Of a stretch of 64,000 nucleotides of DNA, positions 37,986 through 47,902 are shown in pieces; position 1 is the first letter of the stretch, and each line of letters begins with the position of its first letter. The DNA comes from a bacterium (lineage in GTDB: Bacteria; UBA8248), in assembly GCA_965213685.1 (NCBI GenBank), contig CBDBZY010000005.1, forward strand, positions 1-64,000, read 5' to 3'. The notes under the pieces were generated by a model that searched no databases, had not been told where the DNA came from, and saw only the letters and a list, made by a program, of their open reading frames with translations. Both the position numbers and the translations under genes were made by a program.

Positions 37986-38030
37986 TCGACGTCCGCACAT
38001 CTGGTGCCCCGGCCGCGCAGGCAACGCCGC

Positions 38031-39944
38031 ATGACGAAGCACGTCGTCATCGGAACCGCCGGCCACATCGATCACGGGAAAACCTCCCTCGTCAAAGCGT
38101 TGACCGGCACAGACACCGATCGCCTGAAAGAAGAAAAAGAGCGGGGGATCACCATCGAACTCGGATTCGCCGAGCTCGTTCTGGGGAGCATCCACGCGGG
38201 CATCGTGGACGTTCCGGGCCACGAGCGGTTCGTCAAGAACATGCTGGCCGGCGTCGGCGGCATCGATTTGGTGATGCTGATCATTGCGGCGGATGAAGGC
38301 GTGATGCCGCAAACCAGAGAACATTTGGCCATCTGCCGACTTCTCGGGATACGAACGGGCCTCGTCGTGCTGACCAAAACGGACCTGGTCGAGCCGGAAT
38401 GGATGGAGCTCGTCACGGACGACGTGCGGGACTTCGTGAAAGACACCTTTCTGGAGAACAAGCCCATCGTGCCGGTTTCGGCCCATGCCGGAGATGGCCT
38501 GGAGAGCCTCCGAAACGCCCTGGCAGAAATCGCGAACGCGACGCCCGCGAAAAGCGAAACGGGTATTTTCCGGCTACCGATTGACCGCGTGTTCACGATG
38601 CGGGGCTTCGGCGTCGTGATAACGGGAACCCTGTTCAGCGGGAGCGTGGGACTCGGGGAGCAGGTGGAAATCTTTCCCAGCGGCCATCAGGCGCGCGTTC
38701 GCGGCCTGCAGGCACACGGGACGCCCGTGAAAAAATCCACCGCCGGCCTCCGGACCGCGCTCAACCTGCAAGGCGTGGAGCACGCCGAGGTGTCCAGGGG
38801 GGACATCGTCGGACGTCGCGGAGAACTGAAAACAACGTATATGCTGGACGTTCACCTGGAACATCTCCCCGACGCGACGCGCCCCCTGAAAACGCGCGAC
38901 CGCATCCGCTTCCATGCCGGCACCGCGGAAATCATGGGGAGGGTGTCTCTCATCGGGCGGGACGCACTGGAGCCGGGGGACCGCGCTTTCGGGCAAATAC
39001 GGCTCGAGGCACCCGTCGTCGTCCTTCCCAGGGACCGGTTCGTCATCCGGCGCTACTCGCCGATCGTCACGATCGGCGGCGGCGAAATTCTGGACGTCAC
39101 GCCCCGCAAGCACAGACGATTGCGCAGTTCATCCATGGATCGCCTGCGGTCGCTGCACCAGGGAGACGAGACGGAGAGGCTGCTCATATTCCTGCGGGAC
39201 GCGCGATGGAACGGGATGGACCTCGCCGACCTCACGGGTCGTCTCACGCTCCAGCCCGGAGACATCCAAAAAACCATGCAGGCGCTGTCCGCGCGCGGGC
39301 GGGTGCAGATTATCGACCAGGCCAGCCTCTTCGTCATGACGAGGGAGCATTTCGACGCCACCCAGAAAAGCGTTCTCTCCTCCCTCGAGGAGTATCACGC
39401 CGGCAACCCCCTGCGCCCGGGCGCTCCCAGAGAGGAGGTGCGCGGGAAGGCGGGCGGCCTGCATGAAAAAATCTTTGACGCCGCTCTCCAGCATTTGGGC
39501 GCGGCGAAGAAAATCGTGGCGGACGGCGCCACCCTGCGGCTCGCCTCGCACCACGTAGAAATTGGCGAGGAACTCAGAGCGGTGAAGACCAGACTGGAGG
39601 CGGCCTTCCGAAACGCCCATTTTCAGCCCCCATCCACAGAGGAGGCGTTCGCGCAAGGGGGCGGGGAGGGCGATGCGAACCAAGACGCTCTGCAAATTCT
39701 GATAGACGAGGGCGTTTTATTGCGGCTGAAGGAGAACATCGTCTATCACCGAGACGCCTTGACGGAGGCGGAAAACCTCCTGAAAGGGCACCTGTCGCGC
39801 CACCGTGAAATTACGGCGGCGGAATTTCGGGACATATTGGGGATCACGCGGAAACACGCCATACCCCTGCTGGAGTATTTCGACACCGCGCGCATCACGT
39901 TGCGGGTCGGGGACAAAAGGGTGCTCCGCCCGGACGCGAGATGA
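38031..39944 (+). CDS. selB: Selenocysteine-specific translation elongation factor
   Basis: [28 protein letters not shown]; C-terminal [12 protein letters not shown] winged helix. Confidence 0.97.
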   Translation: MTKHVVIGTAGHIDHGKTSLVKALTGTDTDRLKEEKERGITIELGFAELVLGSIHAGIVDVPGHERFVKNMLAGVGGIDLVMLIIAADEGVMPQTREHLAICRLLGIRTGLVVLTKTDLVEPEWMELVTDDVRDFVKDTFLENKPIVPVSAHAGDGLESLRNALAEIANATPAKSETGIFRLPIDRVFTMRGFGVVITGTLFSGSVGLGEQVEIFPSGHQARVRGLQAHGTPVKKSTAGLRTALNLQGVEHAEVSRGDIVGRRGELKTTYMLDVHLEHLPDATRPLKTRDRIRFHAGTAEIMGRVSLIGRDALEPGDRAFGQIRLEAPVVVLPRDRFVIRRYSPIVTIGGGEILDVTPRKHRRLRSSSMDRLRSLHQGDETERLLIFLRDARWNGMDLADLTGRLTLQPGDIQKTMQALSARGRVQIIDQASLFVMTREHFDATQKSVLSSLEEYHAGNPLRPGAPREEVRGKAGGLHEKIFDAALQHLGAAKKIVADGATLRLASHHVEIGEELRAVKTRLEAAFRNAHFQPPSTEEAFAQGGGEGDANQDALQILIDEGVLLRLKENIVYHRDALTEAENLLKGHLSRHREITAAEFRDILGITRKHAIPLLEYFDTARITLRVGDKRVLRPDAR

Positions 39945-41134
39945 CGTCTCCTGATGAGGAATCCGACATGGCTCTGGACGATGACAAAATCCGACGACTG
40001 CGCTCCGACGTTCCGGCGCTGCAAAATCAAATCTACGTAAATTGGGGAGGAGGGGGGCCGTCCTCCAAATCGACCCTGCACGAGATGGAGGCGTTCACGA
40101 AACGGGAGCTGGCGCTCGGCTCGTTCCATCCGCAAATCCGGGACGAAACCCGCGCGGCACTGGAGCGGACCAGGGAGCGCTGCGCCAAACTCATCGGCGC
40201 CGACCCCTCGGAGGTCGCGCTCGTGAACAATACGACGGCCGGCATCAACATCGCGGCGGCCGGCCTGGAGTGGAGAGCGGGAGACGAGGTTCTTCTCTCG
40301 GATTTGGAGCATCCCGGCGGCTACTTGCCCTGGCTGGTATGGCGGGAGAGAAGCGGCATCCGGGTGCGACTGTTCCGAACCGGCGCAAACGATCAGGAGC
40401 TCCTGCGCAATCTGGAAAGCGCCGTCACCCCGAAAACCAGGGCGGTTTGCGTGAGCCACGTCGCGTGGCTCACGGGCAGGAGACTGCCCCTGGAGGCGAT
40501 CAGCCGGATTTGCGTCCGCTCAGGCGCGCTCCTCGTGGTGGACGGCGCCCAATCCGTCGGCCACATACCCGTCCACATGCGGGAAACCGGCGCGGACGTC
40601 TACACCATATCGGGACAGAAATGGCTGATGGGCCCGCAAGGCACGGGCGCCGTGTATGTGCGGCGCGGCGCGGGCAAAGACGTTCGCCTCTCCTCCGCGG
40701 GCTATCGCTCCGCCCAAAAGAAGAGCCTCGAGACCCTCTCCTTCACGCCGCAGACGAGCGCCATGCGCTATGAGATCGGCACCCTGCATACGCCCGCTTT
40801 CATCGGGCTGGGGGCCGCGGCCGCGCACTTCCAAACAACGGGGCCCGCATCCATCGCCAACAGGGCGCTCGCGCTGTCGAATCGCCTGCTGGACCGGATG
40901 CGCGCCATGAAAAACGTCGACGTCATCAGCCCGCCGGGGCCGGCCCAGTCCGGTCTGGTGTCTTTCCGCATTCCGGGCACCGCCTCTCAAAAGTTGGTGG
41001 ACGCGCTCGTGCGGGAGCACAAAATCATCCTCCGGGCGGTGGAGACCGCACCCCCCGCCATCCGGGCTTCCATCCATTATCTGAATACGGAACAGGAAAT
41101 AGACCAGATCGCGGACGCGATCTCCGCCTTATAG
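39941..41134 (+). CDS. Class V PLP aminotransferase (cysteine/cystine lyase or EgtE-like)
   Basis: NTTAG, EHP, DGAQSVG, SGQKWLMGPQGTG, IRASIHYLN; may start at 39968. Confidence 0.88.
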   Translation: MTSPDEESDMALDDDKIRRLRSDVPALQNQIYVNWGGGGPSSKSTLHEMEAFTKRELALGSFHPQIRDETRAALERTRERCAKLIGADPSEVALVNNTTAGINIAAAGLEWRAGDEVLLSDLEHPGGYLPWLVWRERSGIRVRLFRTGANDQELLRNLESAVTPKTRAVCVSHVAWLTGRRLPLEAISRICVRSGALLVVDGAQSVGHIPVHMRETGADVYTISGQKWLMGPQGTGAVYVRRGAGKDVRLSSAGYRSAQKKSLETLSFTPQTSAMRYEIGTLHTPAFIGLGAAAAHFQTTGPASIANRALALSNRLLDRMRAMKNVDVISPPGPAQSGLVSFRIPGTASQKLVDALVREHKIILRAVETAPPAIRASIHYLNTEQEIDQIADAISAL

Positions 41135-41179
41135 CGGATTGAGCCGGGAATCCGGCGCGGAAAAACCCGGTGAACCGCG

Positions 41180-41219
41180 AAAAAAAGCGGCGGTTCCCTC
41201 TCCCCCCGCCGCTTTTTTC
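41180..41219. terminator. Bidirectional intrinsic terminator
   Basis: AAAAAAGCGGCGG...CCGCCGCTTTTTT between convergent genes. Confidence 0.8.
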
Positions 41220-41233
41220 TGATGGTTCGCTGG

Positions 41234-41974
41234 TTATTTTTTGAGCGTCACGTTCACCGCCGTGGCGGCACCACCCTTCACCGACACCTTCATGGACTTC
41301 CTGCCCAGCGCCTCGTGCCAGACCTCGAGCGTATAGGAGCCCGCCGGAACGTCCCGGAGTTCGAATTTGCCCCCGGGGCCCGTGACGCCGACGTAGGGAT
41401 TATCGGCCACGACAATATATCCCTTCATCCAGTCATGCACATCACACGTCACCTTCACGACCCCGGGCTTCTTGAAGTAGCGGGTCGACATTCTCAGTTT
41501 TTTCTTGAACTTCGGCTGTGCGATATTGGCCACCGGGTTTCCGGTCTTGCCCGGGTGGGTGTGCACGTTATGGAGTATCCGGTCGCTGTTTTTCACCAGG
41601 AGCTTCGTCCGCGACTTCATCACGACGACCCGGGGCAGATACACGCATCCCTTTTGATCGACGACGGCCTTTTTCTGGTCCTTCGCCCACTGCTTGCCGG
41701 ATTTCACCCCTTTCAGGGACACGACGGCCCACACGACGCCGCCATCCTGGACAACCAGGCTGTCGTCGGTGATGGGCTTTTTCGCGCAAACCTTCTTGTC
41801 CTTGTTCACGGAAAGGACCTTGCGCTTCGGGACGGCGCCCTCAAACTTGATCGCACCGGCAATCGAGCCGCCGCCGCTTACCTTCCCCCCCTTGTAAGCG
41901 TCCGCAGAGCCCGCGAACGCGACGCCGAGGACCATCGCAAACACCAAACGCCATGGAACGTATCTGGGAATCAT
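41234..41974 (-). CDS. Secreted protein with carboxypeptidase-regulatory-like/cupredoxin-like domains
   Basis: Signal peptide; DQKGCVYLP, NSDRILHNVH, CDVHDWM, GSYTLEVWHEALG. Confidence 0.8.
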   Translation of the reverse strand: MIPRYVPWRLVFAMVLGVAFAGSADAYKGGKVSGGGSIAGAIKFEGAVPKRKVLSVNKDKKVCAKKPITDDSLVVQDGGVVWAVVSLKGVKSGKQWAKDQKKAVVDQKGCVYLPRVVVMKSRTKLLVKNSDRILHNVHTHPGKTGNPVANIAQPKFKKKLRMSTRYFKKPGVVKVTCDVHDWMKGYIVVADNPYVGVTGPGGKFELRDVPAGSYTLEVWHEALGRKSMKVSVKGGAATAVNVTLKK

Positions 41975-42359
41975 GCCTACTCCTCTCTCGTTGAAAAAAT
42001 TTTCAGGTTGGCCCCTGTGTGTCCCCAAGGCGGGCGGCTCGGCCATGCGCGCGCGCCGCATCGGGAAAAGGTTTCATATGTTCGCGTTCCGGAGTGCTCG
42101 ATCTCTCCGCTCTCCGGTGAGCCTCCCGTCCAGTCCGGGACGCCGGAAGTCCCCTCGCCATTCAAGTAATGTACCTTTCAGGCGAAGTCAAGCCTCTCCA
42201 CGATGCGCGCGATAAACCGGTGCGCTTCGTTGCGCCTCGGGGAGTGGCCCTGCTATGAAGGAGGCTAGGCGCACCGCCGGGCAGACGGGGCGAATCGGCG
42301 CAGCTTCCCGACCCGTAATGCGTTGCGCGAAAAAAGGAAAAAGGGGAGAGAGAGGAGAG

Positions 42360-43238
42360 TTGCTTCACGCATCCATCGGTTTCGCGCTGCTGCTGATGCC
42401 CTGCGTCCCCCTCCTCCTCCCGAGCCACGCCTCCGCGCACCATACCAGTTCCATCGCCTACATCCTGCAGGAAGTCGGCCGAAAGAAGGTCGGCGGCGTA
42501 GAGATGGAGCTGCGCGCCATGCCGCCCAGGCTCACCGGACGTGCGGGTGCGCAGGAATCTCCCCGAAACGCGCATGACCTTCTCTCCCGATTCACGCATC
42601 GCTTTGAAATGCGCGTGACCGGCAATCCGGGCGGCGAGGCCACGCCGCCCAAGGTGGACGTGCAGATTCTGTTCGCCCAGGACGAATGGAGAAAGACGTT
42701 CTCCATGAAAAGACTCTCCGAGGAGCGCCCCGACACCTACGGGGCAAACGTCCGATTGGGCGAGAAAGGTCCATACGCCGTCACGGCGACGATATTCGGC
42801 CTGTCGCCCTCCCCGCTGCGCGCGCGCTTCTCTTTCGACTTTGATCCCGAATCGGTCAGGAGCGCGATGCGAGACCTGGCAAAGACCCTGTCGCACCTCG
42901 GGTGCGAGACGCTCACCCTCGGTCTGGACGGCCAGGCCGTCCCACCGCAAAAAGAACGACGCATCCGGAATCTGGCCGCCAGGTTCCGGTATCTCGCGCC
43001 CTGGGTATCGAACCTTCGGGAGGGAGAGGAGCAGGAGCTGTACGATGGATTCGCCCAGCGGCTGCGCGACCTCGCCGCAACCATAGCGGCAAGCGTTCAG
43101 AAAGCGGATTACGACCGACTCGCCGGGAACCTCGCCGCCGCCAGGGCGCTCTGCTCAAAATGTCACCGAATCTTCCAGGAGGCGGACTCCACCGGAAAAC
43201 CCGTCCGGAAATCATTCCTTCGCCCATCCGAACGTTAG
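42360..43238 (+). CDS. Secreted protein with C-terminal c-type heme site (cytochrome c'-like)
   Basis: TTG after AGGAGA, signal peptide, YGANV motif, C-terminal CSKCH (CxxCH). Confidence 0.7.
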   Translation: MLHASIGFALLLMPCVPLLLPSHASAHHTSSIAYILQEVGRKKVGGVEMELRAMPPRLTGRAGAQESPRNAHDLLSRFTHRFEMRVTGNPGGEATPPKVDVQILFAQDEWRKTFSMKRLSEERPDTYGANVRLGEKGPYAVTATIFGLSPSPLRARFSFDFDPESVRSAMRDLAKTLSHLGCETLTLGLDGQAVPPQKERRIRNLAARFRYLAPWVSNLREGEEQELYDGFAQRLRDLAATIAASVQKADYDRLAGNLAAARALCSKCHRIFQEADSTGKPVRKSFLRPSER

Positions 43239-43352
43239 CGCGGGAAGAACTCATTTCCACCCCCCGCGCGTTTGCAACGGGGCGGACTCTGGGGTATCTC
43301 TCTTCCCAGGACGGCTCGCCGCCGACGCGCTCCATCCTTCTTAGGGACACAC

Positions 43353-44204
43353 GTGAATCCGAACGCCAGATACGCCAGCAAAATGCCCGAGACGCTCGAC
43401 GGCTGGGCCGTTTTGCATCACATTTTCCGGGTGAACTGGCCCGCCTGGAACCGGCTGGAGAGCGACCGACGGCACCGGGTTCTCGACGAGGCGGCGGAAT
43501 ACCTCGGTGCCATCGCCCGGCCGGCGTCCGGCGAGAGCGCTCTTTTCAGCTTGCTCGGCCACAAGGGCGACCTGCTCTTTCTTCATTTCCGGCCCACGCT
43601 GGATGCGCTCCATGAGGTGGAGTTGGGCTTTCGGCAGCTCTCGCTGGCGGAACACCTCGAGGAGACGACGTCCTACCTCTCTTTTCTGGAGCTCGGCCTC
43701 TACGAGATGACGGTGAAACTCCACGACCGGTTCGTGGAGGAAGGCCTGGCGCCGGGAAGCGACGCATGGGAGTCGAAATGGTCCAAGGAGATGGGCATCC
43801 AGCGCGAGCGCATGAAGGAGCGCCTCTACATGGACATCCCCAGAACCAGATACATGTGCTTCTACCCGATGAGCAAGCGCAGGGGGGAGGAGAAAAACTG
43901 GTACGGACTGCCCATGGAGGCGCGCCAGAAGATGATGCGCGAGCACGGCTTCGTCGGCAGAAGATACGCCGGCCGCGTGCAGCAAGTCATCACGGGCAGC
44001 ATCGGCTTCGACGACTGGGAGTGGGGGGTGTATCTGTTTTCAGAAGACCCGCTCGTGTTCAAGCGCCTCGTATATGAAATGCGCTTCGACGAGGCCAGCG
44101 TCTGGTATGGCGAGTTTGGCCCCTTCTACGCCGGCCTGCGGATGATGCCGCATCACCTCCGGGACATATTCCGGGGAAGGGCGCCCGCCCTCGAAGCGCC
44201 GTAG
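43353..44204 (+). CDS. hemQ: Heme-dependent peroxidase / coproheme decarboxylase (chlorite dismutase family)
   Basis: TLDGWAVLH, GHKGDL, CFYPMSKRR..NWY, GSIGFDDWEWGV, VYEMRFDEAS. Confidence 0.9.
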   Translation: MNPNARYASKMPETLDGWAVLHHIFRVNWPAWNRLESDRRHRVLDEAAEYLGAIARPASGESALFSLLGHKGDLLFLHFRPTLDALHEVELGFRQLSLAEHLEETTSYLSFLELGLYEMTVKLHDRFVEEGLAPGSDAWESKWSKEMGIQRERMKERLYMDIPRTRYMCFYPMSKRRGEEKNWYGLPMEARQKMMREHGFVGRRYAGRVQQVITGSIGFDDWEWGVYLFSEDPLVFKRLVYEMRFDEASVWYGEFGPFYAGLRMMPHHLRDIFRGRAPALEAP

Positions 44205-44236
44205 GGCGACGGCGTTTCCGGAGAGACAGGCCCTCC

Positions 44237-45097
44237 ATGGCGAACGTCCTCATCCTCGGGTGCGGCTATGTCGGCACCGCCCTTGGCGCGGTGCTCGGCG
44301 CGGAGGGACACATCGTCTGGGGGATGCGCAGAAACCCCGAAAACCTGCCCGACCCGATTCGGCCGCTGCGGGTCGACATCCACCAGGGAACGCTGCCCGA
44401 CGCCCTCCCCGACAACCTGGATTTCATCTTCTACGCCATATCCTCGGGCGGCGGCGGTGCGGCCGGCTACCGGGCGGCGTATGCGGACGGCCCCCGAAAT
44501 CTCCTCCGCGCACTGGACATCAAAGGAGCAAGGCCCCGGCGCGTCTTCTTCACCTCGAGCACGGCCGTCTACCCCCGGACGGACGGCGGCTGGGTGGATG
44601 AGGAATCGCCTGCGCAACCCGCCCACCATTCGGGCCGCAGCCTGCTGGAGGGGGAACGCGCCTTGCTGGACAGCGACCATCCCGCCACCGTCGTGCGGCT
44701 CGGGGGGATTTACGGACCAGGCCGCACGCGCCTGATCGACGCCGTCCGCGCGGGTCGCGCCGCGTGCCGCGAAGGCCCTCCCCGCTTCACGAATCGCATT
44801 CACCGCGATGATTGCGCGGGCGTCCTCCGCCATCTCATGCGGATGGACGCGCCGGAGGACATCTACGTCGGCGTCGACGACGAGCCTGCGGAGCACCGCG
44901 ACGTGCTGGACTGGCTGGCGGACCGGCTGGGCGTTCCGCATCCCCCCCGAACCGGTGCCGGTGCGTCCGCCTCCGCGCGCGCGGCGACGAACAAGAGATG
45001 CTCCAACGCGAAGATCAAGGCCGCCGGGTATCGGTTTCTCTATCCATCGTATCGGGACGGCTACGCGGAAATGCTCCAGCGCATGGAAACCGCGTGA
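44237..45097 (+). CDS. NAD-dependent epimerase/dehydratase (YeeZ-like atypical SDR)
   Basis: GCGYVG, SSTAVY, RLGGIYGPGR, NRIHRDD. Confidence 0.88.
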   Translation: MANVLILGCGYVGTALGAVLGAEGHIVWGMRRNPENLPDPIRPLRVDIHQGTLPDALPDNLDFIFYAISSGGGGAAGYRAAYADGPRNLLRALDIKGARPRRVFFTSSTAVYPRTDGGWVDEESPAQPAHHSGRSLLEGERALLDSDHPATVVRLGGIYGPGRTRLIDAVRAGRAACREGPPRFTNRIHRDDCAGVLRHLMRMDAPEDIYVGVDDEPAEHRDVLDWLADRLGVPHPPRTGAGASASARAATNKRCSNAKIKAAGYRFLYPSYRDGYAEMLQRMETA

Positions 45098-45109
45098 CGC
45101 GGCGAGAAC

Positions 45110-45805
45110 TCAGCCTCTCAGGACGATCCGCAGATCCTTGCGCAATTTCGCCAGCGAATCGGCGTCGTTGCTGTGGTAATAGCCCCGAATCTGGAACTTC
45201 CTGTCGATCAGCACGAACCGCGAGCTATGGGAGATCAGGACTTCCGGCGTCCCCGCATCCTCCGGATGCCCGGGGTGATGGGCGTGTGCGGAGGGGAGAA
45301 GGAACTGCGCGAACCGCGCGCCAGCGGACCCGGCGGGGCGCATGGCTTTTTGGGTCGCATAGCTCAGGCGGAACCCTTGGAGCACCAGGTTCCGGATTTC
45401 TTTCTCCTCGCCCGAGACAAAATACCAGCGCGACGTGTCGGCGCCGTATTTCCGGGCGTATTTCGCGAGAACCGCCCCCGTATCGTGCGCGGGGTCCGTG
45501 GTGATGGAGAGTTGCCGGAAGTCCGGCTCGCCGGAGAACTCCTCCTGAAGCCGCCGCATCTCGGCCGTTTGCAGAGGACACGTATCCTGGCACCGCGTGT
45601 AGATGAAATCCACGACCCACACCTTCCTCTCCAGATGCCCCCTCTCGAACTTGTGGCCCGACGCGTCGACGAGAGAAAATTCAAAGAGTCGCGAGTAGAC
45701 GGGCAAGGGCTGAAAAAGATGGCCGCGGAGCCAGCGGTAGCCGGGACCTACGGTCAAGGCGATCAGAAGACCCGCGGCCAGGAGCAGGCTCCAGCGGCGC
45801 GCCAT
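45110..45805 (-). CDS. SCO1/SenC family copper chaperone
   Basis: N-terminal TM, FIYTRCQDTCP (CxxxC), DPAHDT, HSSRFVLID. Confidence 0.9.
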   Translation of the reverse strand: MARRWSLLLAAGLLIALTVGPGYRWLRGHLFQPLPVYSRLFEFSLVDASGHKFERGHLERKVWVVDFIYTRCQDTCPLQTAEMRRLQEEFSGEPDFRQLSITTDPAHDTGAVLAKYARKYGADTSRWYFVSGEEKEIRNLVLQGFRLSYATQKAMRPAGSAGARFAQFLLPSAHAHHPGHPEDAGTPEVLISHSSRFVLIDRKFQIRGYYHSNDADSLAKLRKDLRIVLRG

Positions 45806-46097
45806 GTTCCCCTCCCCTCTTGTCCACCGAAAAAAGCTGTCCCGGAAGAAGCCCATCCCCTCGCCCCTCTCTCCGCGCCAAGCGCCCGAAAACCCGCACC
45901 CGCACCCATTTTGGCAAAACAGGGGCGTGCCCGCAAAACCTGTGCGGCGATCGGCGGGTTCCGGGAGACGGGAGACGGCATCGCCGCCGCGCGGTTGCGC
46001 AGCGCCCGCCCTCCTGCTTATACTCCCGCCTCTATCCGAAAACCATCCGGGAGCTTCCGGGCCGCCGGGAACAGAGATTAGAGAAGGAGAATCCGGA

Positions 46098-46610
46098 ATG
46101 AAAAGACATTTCACTGGAGTGCGCATTTGGGTCGCCGCGTGGGTTCTCATCTGCGCCTGCGCCGCGCAGCCGGCCGTTGCCGGCGAGAGCGGGAGCTTTG
46201 AACTCCAAGAAAGCTACGTCCACGATTACACCACGATGCAGCACGCGGGGACGACTATCACCGGCGGCCCACTGCGCGGGACGGGCGTCATCGCCAGGAG
46301 CAGCGGCGGCCTCTTCCCCGAGGGCGGGAGCTACGGCATCACCTGCCTGGTCTATGCGAAGAAATCCAAAAAGGGACTGGACCTCGAGGCCCCCTGCACG
46401 TTCACCGACTCCTCGGGCGATATGTTCTATCTCATGGCGATACGGCGCGCGGGCGTCATCCAGGTCGGCGGCGGCGGGCAGGGCGTTCAGCGGATCGTAG
46501 GCGGGACCGGCAAATACGCCGGCGTCACCGGCGCCTGCCCCTACGTGACCACCTACCTGCCGGACAAATGGCTCGTCTCGAAGGCGACCTGCAAGTGGCA
46601 AAAACCCTGA
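46098..46610 (+). CDS. Hypothetical secreted beta-rich protein (allene oxide cyclase-like barrel possible)
   Basis: AAGGAGA RBS, signal peptide, GGTGKYAGVTG motif. Confidence 0.75.
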   Translation: MKRHFTGVRIWVAAWVLICACAAQPAVAGESGSFELQESYVHDYTTMQHAGTTITGGPLRGTGVIARSSGGLFPEGGSYGITCLVYAKKSKKGLDLEAPCTFTDSSGDMFYLMAIRRAGVIQVGGGGQGVQRIVGGTGKYAGVTGACPYVTTYLPDKWLVSKATCKWQKP

Positions 46611-47017
46611 CCGGCGCGCCGGGGGCGATTCGCCAACCAGGAACACGGGCAGGAAGCGTCCCTGCGCACCCCCTGTAAAGCGAACCGCCGGCGGATGGCG
46701 ATACGCTTCTTCGGCGGTCGTCTCCGAAGCCTGCCGCTCACTGCCCGAAGGATGTCATCTGCGCGTTTTCACCCGACACGGACTCTCCCTGCCCAAGGGG
46801 CACTCCCGAGCGCGCTACGGCGGCTGTGCGAGGGTGCGAAACGCCAGGGCAGCCTGCTCCGCAGCCCCCGTTGGCACAACCAGATGGCGCGCGCCTGAGA
46901 CGAGTCGGGGGCGAGACGACCTCCCCGCATGCGCACAACGGCGCCTCCGCGCCTTCCCGACTGACGCACCTGCGCCTGCTCTCCGGGAGCGTGGCGATCG
47001 GGCGCATCGTCAAAAAG

Positions 47018-47066
47018 CCCCCCCCCCCCCCCCCGCGCTCGGGGGGGGGGGGGGGGGGGGGGGGGG
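47018..47066. repeat. C17-GCGCTC-G26 homopolymer pair
   Basis: Directly visible; self-complementary. Confidence 0.85.
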
Positions 47067-47146
47067 CGATCAGCGATAATGCGCCGGACGCAGCCCATCC
47101 GAGAGGAGAGGCGGCATCGTGAATGATGCGCTCGCCACCCGCCCGC

Positions 47147-47207
47147 GTCACCGTCGCAGAGGCGAGAGGAACGGACGCGCGCATCCGGGGCGGAGTGGCG
47201 CCGAGGC
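47147..47207 (+). repeat. 61-bp direct repeat, copy A
   Basis: 58/61 identical to 47737-47797; shared GATGCGCTCGCC upstream (47125-47136 / 47724-47735). Confidence 0.9.
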
Positions 47208-47297
47208 TCATCCGCCGACATTCAATGGCATTGTGCGGTCGGAGGTGAGACACTTTGAGATGCGATCTTCCCACACCACAAAAAAGAGGAAACCAAA

Positions 47298-47714
47298 ATG
47301 AAAACCCTGCTCGCTGTCTCTGTTTTACTGTTCGCGCTCCCCGCTGGTGCTGAAGCGGGGTATTACGACATAAAGAAAAGCCCATCCGAACCCACGCCCG
47401 TCATGATCTGTACTGTAGGTCATTGGTGTCGCATGATATGCCCTTCGGAAAAATTTCGCCACGCATTGAATGTAGAAGGAGGCGTCACGAAATTCAAGAA
47501 AGTGTCATGGTGGTATAACACGAAGGACAATGAGGTTAATATCCCAGGGGACTCGGCTGTTCCCAAGTTGAATAAATTAATCACTGATCGTGTCCACGAA
47601 TATATTAAGCACGCAATCAGCGAGATTGAGCCTAGATGCGGGGATTTCTGGGGAGAACTGGAGAAAAAGTTTCAGGAGATGAAGATGAAAGGGCTTCTTC
47701 CTTCACTGAAATAG
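47298..47714 (+). CDS. Hypothetical secreted protein, lower GC, flanked by direct repeats
   Basis: GAGGA RBS, signal peptide MKTLLAVSVLLFALPAGAEA, four Cys. Confidence 0.8.
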   Translation: MKTLLAVSVLLFALPAGAEAGYYDIKKSPSEPTPVMICTVGHWCRMICPSEKFRHALNVEGGVTKFKKVSWWYNTKDNEVNIPGDSAVPKLNKLITDRVHEYIKHAISEIEPRCGDFWGELEKKFQEMKMKGLLPSLK

Positions 47715-47736
47715 AGGGGCGCCGATGCGCTCGCCT

Positions 47737-47797
47737 GTCATCGTCGCAGAGGCGAGAGGAACGGACGCGCCCATCCGGGGCGGAGTGGCGCCCAGGC
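47737..47797 (+). repeat. 61-bp direct repeat, copy B
   Basis: Matches 47147-47207. Confidence 0.9.
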
Positions 47798-47902
47798 GTA
47801 AATCGCGCTCGCCGCCCGCTCCACCTCACTCGGGGTAATCTCCACCCAGTAGTGCGCGCGCCTTGCCGAGGGTCATCCCGACGCGGTAAGAGGTGTACAA
47901 AC

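Noticed and set aside
35654-41134. tRNA-Sec (selC) or UGA-recoded selenoprotein near selA/selB
   Set aside because: No tRNA-like sequence or convincing in-frame UGA plus SECIS found by eye
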